Source: a virus (lineage: Duplodnaviria; Caudoviricetes). From it: a stretch of DNA of 64,000 bases. The notes below the pieces were generated by a model. That model saw only the letters and a program-made list of their open reading frames with translations. It was not told the DNA's origin and searched no databases. The translations under genes and the position numbers were made by a program. The stretch is taken from IMG/VR virus record IMGVR_UViG_2880949579_000002, positions 1,060 through 65,059 of that record; one strand, 5' to 3'. Below, one piece after another: positions 1 through 8,940 of the stretch; position 1 is the first letter of the stretch; each line of letters starts with the position of its first letter.

Positions 1-2
1 CA

Positions 3-3000
3 AAAGAAAGTAACTCAATTGTTACAACAAACACACAAGAAATAAAAGAAGACTCTCCAGACGAAAAAAGAAAGAGTGAGAGTAAGAGTAATTCATTAGA
101 GATAAAAAATAGTGAAGATCTTACAAAGGGGTCTATTATAAACTCCTTTGAAACCGTCAAGGAATTGCCTAAGACATACTTTTATGAAAATAATGATATT
201 GAAATTGCTATAGAGCTAAAACAAAGAACACTGCAAGAAGAAGGTCAATTAATAGTTAAGGAGGTTGATTCAGAAAAAGATGATAAGCAATTAGAATTAC
301 AAAAAAGAATCACGAATATGATTACTGAAAAGCTTAATGAAAAGCAAAAGTTAAATAAAGCAAAAATTTATGACATTTACTTTATTAATAAAGACGGAGA
401 TAGAATTCATGATCTTGAAATTCTAAATATACGCTATGTCTTTAAAAAACCTGTTTTATTAGATGAGAAAAATGAACTCTCAATATTTTCACTGTTCAAC
501 AACGAGTTAATTGATTCTAAAAATGTAGAAATCAAAAGAAATGATAGAAATGAAATTGTAGAATTAAGTTTTAATGTTGATAAAATACAACAACTTATCT
601 TGATCAATACGGTAGAAAAAAACTTAAACCTTATAGAAGACTCTCAAAAGACTAATAAAGAAGAACAAGAAGATACGAAAATAGAAAACAAAGAAACTTT
701 AGATGAATTTATTCAGCTTGAAAAGAGTTTATCAGGTAATAAGAAAATTACTATTGAGGGGTTGAGAAAAGACTTTTCAGAATTAGAAGGTGAAATACAG
801 CTTGAGGTAAAAGAACTTAATCCAAACAATGGGAAAGATAAAGAGCAAATTGAAATTAACGAGACAGAGATGGAAAAATTTATTCCTGAAAAAAGTGATT
901 CCATTAAGATCAATTGGCATCATTATGATATAAGCATCTTGTTAGATGGGGAGGAAATTGAACCTGTTAATAAGTTAAGGGTGTCCTTCTCAGGTTTTGA
1001 TACTACTGATCTTGATGATGCTACAAAGGAAGTAAAGGTCCTTCATCTGAATGAATTAACAAATGAGGTAGAAGATAAGGAAATTGAAATTGGGGAAAAC
1101 GGAGTTGTAGAAGCTGAATTTGATAGCTTCTCTCCTGTGACAGTTGTTGAAGTAATAGCAGATCATCCCTCTACTCTTAAGGCAACAGACTTTGTTAATG
1201 ATGTTAAGCACTATATGGAATATGCTCCCGGTTCTCTTGGAAAAGCAGTAATAGACTCTTCTCAAATACTGAATCCAGGTCGTACTTCCGATGCCTTTGG
1301 TAATATAGTTCTTGAACATGGCCAAGTTATAACAAAGAAAACAGCAACACCTGTTAAGGGAAAGGTTAATACTTGGGATATTACTGTTCGTGTAGAAGGT
1401 AGGGACAACATATCTGATACTACAGATGTTGTTCTAGTTCTTGATAATTCATATAGTATGTATGAAAAGAAAAACGAACTAGCTGATGGACGAACTCGTT
1501 TTCAAGCAGTACAAGAGGCTGCTAAGAAATTTGTTGATATAGCATTGAATGAAAATCCTAACTTAAGGATTGCTATAGTAGTTTATAATGGGGAGGTAAC
1601 GATAAATTCTGGGAATATTAATCAACCATTTTCACAAGACAAACAAGCACTATATTCAGAAATTGATGCGATTAAAGAACCACCTTCATTAGACCCAGAG
1701 AAGAAAGGGGGAACTTTTACTCAAGCAGCTATTAAACAGGCTGGTGAAATTTTAAAAGGTTCTTCAGCAGATAATAAGCACATGGTGCTTATGGCTGATG
1801 GTTTTCCGACTTTTAGTTACGACTTAGATTCTTCATCTTGGGATGAGAAAATAGAACAAACAGAATTATTTTACAAGCCAGGTGCTCCTTTTAATATAAA
1901 GGATCTTTATGAAAAGACTAAATACTACAGACTACCTGCAGATGAAAGTCAGATTCAATTTAATTACGATAATAGGGTAGGTTTGGGAGCTGAAGAAAGA
2001 TCGTCAGTAGCATATAAGACTCTGAAAATTAATAAGGATATAGAAGATGTTTATAGGTATATCTATGGAGAATATATAACAGGTACTAAAGATCCGAATA
2101 ATATAGACCTAACTGTACAAGCTCATCGTTATCATGTGGACGGTGAGGACTTTGCAAGAGAATACAGATATGCACATCAAAAATCAACTGTTTTAGAAGC
2201 TAAAAGATTAAGAGAAGACCCAAACATAGGTTTGGATACTTTGTATTCTGTAGGTGTTGGCTTTGAAACCTATACTGGACAAGCATTGGAAATTGCTGTT
2301 AGAACGCTAAGCAGAATTGCTGATTCTGGAAAGTTTTATGATGTTAGAAATGCGGAGCGATTGACAGCTACCTTTGAAGAAATAGCAAAAACTATTAGTA
2401 TCAAAAGTGCTATGCGTGACTTCAAAATCGTTGACATCATGGGTAAAGGCTTTACGGTAACAGATGAGTCAAAAATAAAAGTAAGTGAAGGGAAAACAAG
2501 TTTTGACCGAAATTCAGAAACAATAAATTGGGATATAGAAACTGTAACTAAGTGTGTGGCTACAAAAAGTGACGTAAGATATGCAGAATTAACTTATAGA
2601 ATTGAAATCAACGATGATATTCTAACTCTACCAGGTTCAAAGACTAATCAACACGAGAAGTTTATTACCAATGCCGTAACTGATTTGACTTATACAGATA
2701 ATCTTAAGGATGAGAAGAAGACCTTATCAATTGATTCTCCAAAGGTAGATCCAGTTCTTTTGAAGGTTAAAAAGGTCTTATTAGATAGTAATGGAAAATT
2801 ATTAAATGAAGATATAACATTTACAATAAATGTTACTAATGATTTGAAGACCTACGACGAAAGGCATGAATTAAGTCCAAAAGAAGACTATAAATGGCGT
2901 ACTACTTTGAGAGATGAGGGAACCTACTTGGTTGACGAAATAGCTGTATCTGGAACTCCAGAAAAAAACTATATTACGACTATTAAGATTGATGGAGAAG

Positions 3001-3206
3001 AAACTAGTGAGTTCTTGGTAAATCATGACGGTGATATTCCGAGAGGCGATGTTAATATTGAGGTTACAAATCAGGAATTAGGAGGTTATGAACTGCCAAC
3101 AACCGGTGGATTAGGAACTATACTCTTTAGATTGATAGGAGTCTTTGTATTGACTTTCGCTTTAGTAATTCCTTATAGAATGAGACGAGTTAAATGCGAA
3201 AGGTAA
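3..3206 (+). CDS. Pilus tip/ancillary adhesin with von Willebrand A domain and LPXTG anchor (5' partial)
   Basis: Frame is open from base 3, so the start is upstream; MIDAS-like DVVLVLDNSYS, GGTFTQ, MADG; C-terminal YELPTTGG followed by a hydrophobic stretch and basic tail. Confidence 0.85.
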   Translation, partial: KESNSIVTTNTQEIKEDSPDEKRKSESKSNSLEIKNSEDLTKGSIINSFETVKELPKTYFYENNDIEIAIELKQRTLQEEGQLIVKEVDSEKDDKQLELQKRITNMITEKLNEKQKLNKAKIYDIYFINKDGDRIHDLEILNIRYVFKKPVLLDEKNELSIFSLFNNELIDSKNVEIKRNDRNEIVELSFNVDKIQQLILINTVEKNLNLIEDSQKTNKEEQEDTKIENKETLDEFIQLEKSLSGNKKITIEGLRKDFSELEGEIQLEVKELNPNNGKDKEQIEINETEMEKFIPEKSDSIKINWHHYDISILLDGEEIEPVNKLRVSFSGFDTTDLDDATKEVKVLHLNELTNEVEDKEIEIGENGVVEAEFDSFSPVTVVEVIADHPSTLKATDFVNDVKHYMEYAPGSLGKAVIDSSQILNPGRTSDAFGNIVLEHGQVITKKTATPVKGKVNTWDITVRVEGRDNISDTTDVVLVLDNSYSMYEKKNELADGRTRFQAVQEAAKKFVDIALNENPNLRIAIVVYNGEVTINSGNINQPFSQDKQALYSEIDAIKEPPSLDPEKKGGTFTQAAIKQAGEILKGSSADNKHMVLMADGFPTFSYDLDSSSWDEKIEQTELFYKPGAPFNIKDLYEKTKYYRLPADESQIQFNYDNRVGLGAEERSSVAYKTLKINKDIEDVYRYIYGEYITGTKDPNNIDLTVQAHRYHVDGEDFAREYRYAHQKSTVLEAKRLREDPNIGLDTLYSVGVGFETYTGQALEIAVRTLSRIADSGKFYDVRNAERLTATFEEIAKTISIKSAMRDFKIVDIMGKGFTVTDESKIKVSEGKTSFDRNSETINWDIETVTKCVATKSDVRYAELTYRIEINDDILTLPGSKTNQHEKFITNAVTDLTYTDNLKDEKKTLSIDSPKVDPVLLKVKKVLLDSNGKLLNEDITFTINVTNDLKTYDERHELSPKEDYKWRTTLRDEGTYLVDEIAVSGTPEKNYITTIKIDGEETSEFLVNHDGDIPRGDVNIEVTNQELGGYELPTTGGLGTILFRLIGVFVLTFALVIPYRMRRVKCER

Positions 3207-3796
3207 ATAAGTTTTTCTTATTTGGTACGCTTTGCATTTTGTTTGGACTCTTACTTTTTTCTAAAAACTTATGGGAAGATTATCAGGTTGGAAAAGAAAC
3301 TGAGTTAATCAAAGAAAGGCTTGAAGAAAAGAAGGTCATAGAAATTGAAAAACCAATTGATGATAGACCTGATTATGTTAAAAACCCGTATATGGAAATG
3401 CCAAAGGTTACAATTGACGGCAATGACTATATAGGATATGTAATTATACCGAGCTTAGAGCTGGAACTTCCGATTCTAAGCTCTTGGTCATATCCAAAGC
3501 TTAAGATTGCACCTGCAAGATATGAAGGTTCTGTATACTTAAACAATATGATCCTGTTAGCTCATAACTATACAGTCCATTTTGGCAAGCTTTATCGATT
3601 AAATATTGGAGATGTTATTCAATTTAAAGATATGAATGACAATCTTTTCGATTTTACTGTAGAAAAGAAAGAAGAGTTAGATGAAATACAAGTTGAAGAG
3701 ATGGTTTCTGGGGATTGGGACTTAACATTATTCACTTGCACTCTAGGTGGTGAAGCAAGAACAACTATACGATGTAAAAGAATAGAAAATAGGTGA
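3194..3796 (+). CDS. Sortase
   Basis: N-terminal TM helix, LAHNY catalytic His, LTLFTC catalytic Cys, downstream Arg; overlaps the LPXTG gene. Confidence 0.9.
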   Translation: MRKVNKFFLFGTLCILFGLLLFSKNLWEDYQVGKETELIKERLEEKKVIEIEKPIDDRPDYVKNPYMEMPKVTIDGNDYIGYVIIPSLELELPILSSWSYPKLKIAPARYEGSVYLNNMILLAHNYTVHFGKLYRLNIGDVIQFKDMNDNLFDFTVEKKEELDEIQVEEMVSGDWDLTLFTCTLGGEARTTIRCKRIENR

Positions 3797-3871
3797 TATT
3801 TTGTCAATATAGCATTGTAGAAATAAAATTTAAGAGAGGTTATATTATGAAAAAAGAAAATTTTTGTAGAT

Positions 3872-4705
3872 ATGACATCAAATAAAAAAGAAAAAATAAA
3901 TAAAAAAGAAAAACTTGTAGGGAAAAGATTTGGAAAACTAAAAGTACTATCTGTTTATAAAAAAGGCAAGTACAAAAAATGTAAATGTATTTGTGATTGT
4001 GGAAACACTACTGATGTATACTATAGCAATCTTGTTTCAGGAAGAACAATAAGTTGCGGTTGTCGAGGGGGAGAGATTGCTAATAGGTATAAAAACATAG
4101 TAGGGGAAATATATCATGATCTTATAGTTGAAGAGAAGACTGAAAAACGTGAAGATGGCTTAATAGTTTGGAAATGTAGGTGTCTTAAATGTGGAAAATA
4201 TATTGAAGTCACTAAAAAACAGCTAGATAGAGGATATGTCAAAGACTGTGGAAACCATAAATACGAAGACTTATTGGGACAAAAAATTGGAGAGCTTACA
4301 ATTATCTCATTTGATAAAAATAGAGAAAAATATCTTTGCCAATGTTCTTGTGGTAAGTCTACATATGTATCCAGATCTAATTTAATCAGCAGTCATACCC
4401 TTAGTTGTGGTCATCTAAAGGACAACCGCAAATATAAGTATGTAGATGGAGCTTTACCATACCTATTAACAGGAAAAATTCCATCAAATAATACAAGTGG
4501 TGTAAAAGGTGTTAGTCAAACTAAAAGTGGGAAATGGGTTTCCTATATTACCTTAAGAAAAAAAAGATATACACTGGGAACATTTAAGAAAAAAGAAGAT
4601 GCTATTAGAGCTAGAAAAAAAGCGGAAATAGATTTCTTTTTACCAATAATAGAAAAAGATCAAATGAGGAAACAAAAAACGAAGCATCGTAAAGAGAGGG
4701 TATAA
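3872..4705 (+). CDS. AP2-domain DNA-binding protein with repeated Cys-rich modules
   Basis: Repeats of the type GKRFGKL..CxCDCG..SCG; C-terminal NNTSGVKGVS..KWVSYI..LGTF..EDAIRARKKAE typical of bacterial/phage AP2 domains. Confidence 0.75.
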   Translation: MTSNKKEKINKKEKLVGKRFGKLKVLSVYKKGKYKKCKCICDCGNTTDVYYSNLVSGRTISCGCRGGEIANRYKNIVGEIYHDLIVEEKTEKREDGLIVWKCRCLKCGKYIEVTKKQLDRGYVKDCGNHKYEDLLGQKIGELTIISFDKNREKYLCQCSCGKSTYVSRSNLISSHTLSCGHLKDNRKYKYVDGALPYLLTGKIPSNNTSGVKGVSQTKSGKWVSYITLRKKRYTLGTFKKKEDAIRARKKAEIDFFLPIIEKDQMRKQKTKHRKERV

Positions 4706-4849
4706 ACTCTGAATACTAGGTTACAGGTCTTTATTTTATAGGTGGAAATAAAGAAAGAGGTTTATTTGTCCATAACTCGTTTGAACAGAAATGGACTATT
4801 CTATTATAAATTGATTTTTATAGCATTATTTAGGAAAGGGAGGAAATAA

Positions 4850-6544
4850 TTGAGAACAAAAAAGATATTTAATTATTTAATAAAAGGTATATTGGCATTT
4901 GTTATTTTTGTGAGTATTTCTCCAGCAAAGTCAGCTCTTGCATGTAGCCATAATTGTAATAATTACAACAATTACAATTATAGTTATAAAGAAACAATCT
5001 GTGTGTATAAATCATGGTCGGGTCAACCTTTGAAATACGGTGAAAAGCGCCCAGATGTTTATTTTCAACTACTTAAAGATGGAAGGCCTGTGGGAGAGCC
5101 TAAGAAAGCAGTAAATAATATAGCAAGCTTTATAATACCAAGTTCTAGAAATATCTATAGATATACGATAAAAGAAGTTAATGTAGATGGAAGTGACTGG
5201 TCTGCTGAAGGCTATAGAGCAGGTTCAGTTCGTAGAGATTCATGTAATCCTTGTGTATTTTATATAACAAATACCAAAGAAAGAACAGAAACAATTTGCG
5301 TGTATAAAACATGGTCGGGTCAACCTTTGAAATACGGTGAAAAGCGCCCAGATGTTTATTTTCAACTACTTAAAGATGGAAGGCCTGTGGGAGAGCCTAA
5401 GAAAGCAGTAAATAATATAGCAAGCTTTATAATACCAAGTTCTAGAAATATCTATAGATATACGATAAAAGAAGTTAATGTAGATGGAAGTGACTGGTCT
5501 GCTGAAGGCTATAGAGCGGGAATAGTATATAGATCGTCATATAACCCTTGTGTATTTTGTGTAACGAACAATAAGGAGAAAATGCCAGCACCAGGTGAAG
5601 TTACTGTTGATAAGATCTGGACTGGTGTCGACTTAGAATTAGGACAAAATTATCCCGATGTATATTTCCAATTACTTAAGGATGGTCATGCAGTTGGTTC
5701 ACCTGTTTTATATGAAGGGCATACAGTAACTTTTAAGATTGACAACAAGGATGAAATCAGCAAATACGTAGTAAAAGAAGTTAATGCAGATGGAAGCGAC
5801 TGGTCTGCTGAAGGTTATGTGCCTGGAACAATTGAAGGCAGTGATGGAGTATTTACTGTAGAAAATAGAAAACTTGGGCCAAAACCTGCAAGTGCAAGTA
5901 TTGTTCTAAGAAAAACAATGTTAGGAAGACCAATTAAAGATGGGGAATTTTCTTTCCAATTAATAAATGATCAAGGTGTGGTCATTGAAACGATTACTAA
6001 TCTTGGTAATGATATTTGTTTTTCGGAAATAGAATATACGAAAGCAGGAACTTACAGATATACAGTAGTAGAGCAAGAAGGAGATAATAAAAATATTATC
6101 TATGATGCAAAAGTTATTGAAGTTATAGTAGAAGTCAAAGATGTAGAAGGCCAGCTAGTTGCTGAAGTAAGCTATAGTCCTGGTAATGAATTTAATAATC
6201 AATTAAAAGAAAAGCACGTAAAAGTTATCAAAATAGATGAGAATTATGATTATTTAGTTGGTGCTGCTCTTCAAATGACTTCAGATAATGGCTATAACGA
6301 GGTATGGGTAACCAATGGGAAGGGGAGAACTTTTGAGTTGACAGAAGGAAGATATACTATCACTGAGTTGTCAACTCCGAATGAGGAATATGAGTTGGCT
6401 TCACCAGTTGTGTTTGATATTGTTTATAACGAAGCTAAAGAAGAACTAGAATTTGTTATTGTTGATGAAGGCGAAGGCAATATCATTAATGAGGTTGAAA
6501 ATATCATTTATATGTTAGACAAATATAAAATTATAATTAATTAA
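4850..6544 (+). CDS. Secreted Cna-B/pilin-like repeat protein
   Basis: Signal peptide; three K.W..PDVYFQLLKDG..Y.xKE repeats; FctA-like GEFSFQL..YTKAGTYRYTVVE domain; SpaA-like final domain; no LPXTG. Confidence 0.75.
   Translation: MRTKKIFNYLIKGILAFVIFVSISPAKSALACSHNCNNYNNYNYSYKETICVYKSWSGQPLKYGEKRPDVYFQLLKDGRPVGEPKKAVNNIASFIIPSSRNIYRYTIKEVNVDGSDWSAEGYRAGSVRRDSCNPCVFYITNTKERTETICVYKTWSGQPLKYGEKRPDVYFQLLKDGRPVGEPKKAVNNIASFIIPSSRNIYRYTIKEVNVDGSDWSAEGYRAGIVYRSSYNPCVFCVTNNKEKMPAPGEVTVDKIWTGVDLELGQNYPDVYFQLLKDGHAVGSPVLYEGHTVTFKIDNKDEISKYVVKEVNADGSDWSAEGYVPGTIEGSDGVFTVENRKLGPKPASASIVLRKTMLGRPIKDGEFSFQLINDQGVVIETITNLGNDICFSEIEYTKAGTYRYTVVEQEGDNKNIIYDAKVIEVIVEVKDVEGQLVAEVSYSPGNEFNNQLKEKHVKVIKIDENYDYLVGAALQMTSDNGYNEVWVTNGKGRTFELTEGRYTITELSTPNEEYELASPVVFDIVYNEAKEELEFVIVDEGEGNIINEVENIIYMLDKYKIIIN
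5013..5517 (+). repeat. Intragenic direct repeat, 208 bp identical core with 297 bp period (5013-5220 and 5310-5517)
   Basis: Read directly; encodes a duplicated 99-aa domain. Confidence 0.9.
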
Positions 6545-6737
6545 AGATTTTTCTAGAAAAGATTTGCAAAAGGGGCAAAGTATTGAGATGGAGAAATACA
6601 TAAACTGCTAACAGCATAGTTCTAATGAATATTTCTTGAATATAAAAAAATACACGGCAGTAAGCCTAAGATAATATTGTTATTTGGCTTAGCCTCTTTC
6701 TTGTATAGTAAGAAAGAATAAAGTAATGAAACTCATG

Positions 6738-6773
6738 AAAGTCAGCTGGCCTAGAGGGATCAGCTGACTTTTT
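6738..6773 (+). terminator. Intrinsic terminator
   Basis: AAAGTCAGCTG...CAGCTGACTTTTT stem-loop. Confidence 0.75.
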
Positions 6774-7770
6774 ATAAAAGGGTGATAGGATTAAAAAATC
6801 AAGAAGATTGATTTACAGTACTCTTATATTTCTATCCTTTGGATTGTTATATACGGAATGGAATAAAAGATAAGATATTAACAAAAAAATACTTAAATAA
6901 GTAGTTGATATAGAAACTAAAAAGAACATTAAAAACATGACTACTGAGATTGACGGAGAGAAATTATCAGAAGAATATATTTCAAGAGAAACTCATAAAC
7001 AAAGGGAAATTAACAGTTTAAGAGAGATAAATCCAGATATCTTTCTATATATCGATGATATGAAAGACCATTATCAGATAATAGGTTCTATGATTTTAAA
7101 TCTCTATACAGAAGATGAAATATTTAATTTTAATTAATATGTCAATTTTGATGATTACTATGGAGCAAGAGATTATTTCCATGACATTAGGTAAGGAAGC
7201 GAACGATTTACTAGTCGATCAAGTAAGGAAAGATACAAAGATCTGAACTCTTTCTATCTGTAGTTTTGAAACAAATGATGCTAGATTTGTTATTTTTGCA
7301 ATGAAAGTAAGGACAGGGTGTGAACATCAAAAATAAAAATAAACAACTAGTTATCGAAAATAAAATCAAAAGAAAAGAAGGCAACTATCATGAGGTTATC
7401 TATGAAACAACTCTATACAAATAAGGGACAAAGGAGGCCACTTTTGCAAGACGATAATGTGAAGCCTGTAAAAGATGGAAAAATGTCCCGTTATCAAGAA
7501 GAACTTGATAAAACCAATAACAGACCAATGAACAACACTTCGGGTTATCCCTGTAGTAAGAAAGAGAGTGGCGATAAAAATCATATAATTTACATTTGTT
7601 AAATAACAACTAAATAAGAAACAATAATTAAACCATTTTGAGAGATGAAGTAACTTATATCACTTTCTTTCAATAAATATGAAATTGGCTTTGTTTGAAG
7701 GATAGTCCAAGGTTTTTTGGGATAAATGATTATTTATTTAAGCTGTTTTCGTAAGGGATTAACTATAAGG

Positions 7771-7800
7771 ATAGCCACGAGTAAAATCGTGGCTATTTTT
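7771..7800 (+). terminator. Intrinsic terminator/attenuator upstream of the ICE sigma-like gene
   Basis: ATAGCCACGA-GTAAAA-TCGTGGCTAT-TTTT perfect 10-bp stem. Confidence 0.8.
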
Positions 7801-7900
7801 GTACCCAAAAGTAGGTGAGTTACATGACTATTATTGTACGAGCACGTGCTCCACCTGTCCTCCCTAAATTTCAGAACTAGAGATTTAAGGGGGATTTTTC

Positions 7901-8317
7901 ATGACAAAGAAAGATTATTTTATTTTTATTGATAAAGAAAAGGTAATGGTTAGTAAGGAAGTTTATCTGGCTTATTGGAAGCAGACGAATAGGGAAAAAT
8001 ATTTAGAACGACTTGATCGTAAAAATAGATTGCTCTATATTTCTCAATTTGATCAAGATGGTAACTTTCAGGATATAATAGAAGATAAAAGTGTAGATGT
8101 AGAAAAATTAGTTGAAACAAAAGAGGCAATAGTGAACTTGCGAAAAGCTATTTCTAAACTCAGTGATGAAGAAAGAGAGATTATTAATGCTTTGTATTTT
8201 AGGGAAGAGACTATACGAGATGTCGCACAGAATATAGGGACGCATAAGACATCTATTATAAGAAAAAGAGATAGGATTCTAGAAAAGTTAAAAATGATTT
8301 TAGAAAAAAATAAATAA
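7901..8317 (+). CDS. Sigma-70 region 4 (Tn916 Orf7-like) transcriptional regulator
   Basis: LRKAISKLSDEEREIINALYF..TIRDVAQ HTH; V.KEVY.AY N-terminus typical of ICE sigma-like proteins. Confidence 0.85.
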   Translation: MTKKDYFIFIDKEKVMVSKEVYLAYWKQTNREKYLERLDRKNRLLYISQFDQDGNFQDIIEDKSVDVEKLVETKEAIVNLRKAISKLSDEEREIINALYFREETIRDVAQNIGTHKTSIIRKRDRILEKLKMILEKNK

Positions 8318-8429
8318 AAGTGTGTCCAAGAGGGTCAAATTTTCACTCATATAAGTGAGGGGGATTTGACCTTTGTTTTTTAAAACAAACAACTTATAAA
8401 TAACCTCTCTTATTTGATATAAACATTGA

Positions 8430-8710
8430 ACCTTAACAATTGAATAGACCAAGACGAGACATTAATCATTTTTGGAGCGTAATAACCTATCCGCCAAGAT
8501 CTTTCTGCTGAATAATTCGGTAAAACAAGTACTGCTAAGCTAAAAACAAGGGAAGAAGAAAGGGAGCGATAAGTAAGAGTTTGAATATAGGGAGGGATAC
8601 CCTATTCGCTATGAAGAAAATGAGGATAATGATACTTCTAAGGTTGAAGCCGGCTCATCCTGAATAGAGGCGGAGGTGAGATTCCTATGTTGCTAATCCA
8701 AGGCACTTGT
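8430..8710 (+). ncRNA. Candidate structured RNA between the sigma-like gene and the recombinase operon
   Basis: No sizeable ORF; long-range TCCGCC(8490)/GGCGGA(8669) pairing, ATAGGG/CCCTAT hairpin, AGG-TGAGATT-CCT T-loop-like hairpin. Confidence 0.4.
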
Positions 8711-8747
8711 CAATGTCAAAAAACTTAAATTTACATAGGAGGTTATT

Positions 8748-8897
8748 ATGAAAGCAATAAAAGTTTATAGCATGAGAGTTGCTATGTTATGTAGACTTTA
8801 TGATCTTAAATTAATTAATGATAAAGAATTCACCAAAATAAAGACTAGAATAGAAAAAGATTACAAGAAAATTGATAGAAAACAATTAATTTTATGA
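8748..8897 (+). CDS. 49-aa SHOCT-like protein, candidate recombination directionality factor (not in the ORF track)
   Basis: AGGAGG RBS; MKAIKVYSMRVAMLCRLYDLKLINDKEFTKIKTRIEKDY...; directly upstream of the recombinase. Confidence 0.7.
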   Translation: MKAIKVYSMRVAMLCRLYDLKLINDKEFTKIKTRIEKDYKKIDRKQLIL

Positions 8898-8940
8898 TAA
8901 AATAATACTGTAGAAAGACACAAAATGGGAAGGAGGTAAA

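Noticed and set aside
6937-7609. Small ORFs 6937-7137, 7390-7602 and their antisense partners
   Set aside because: No convincing RBS or domain; possibly gene remnants, but no product can be supported
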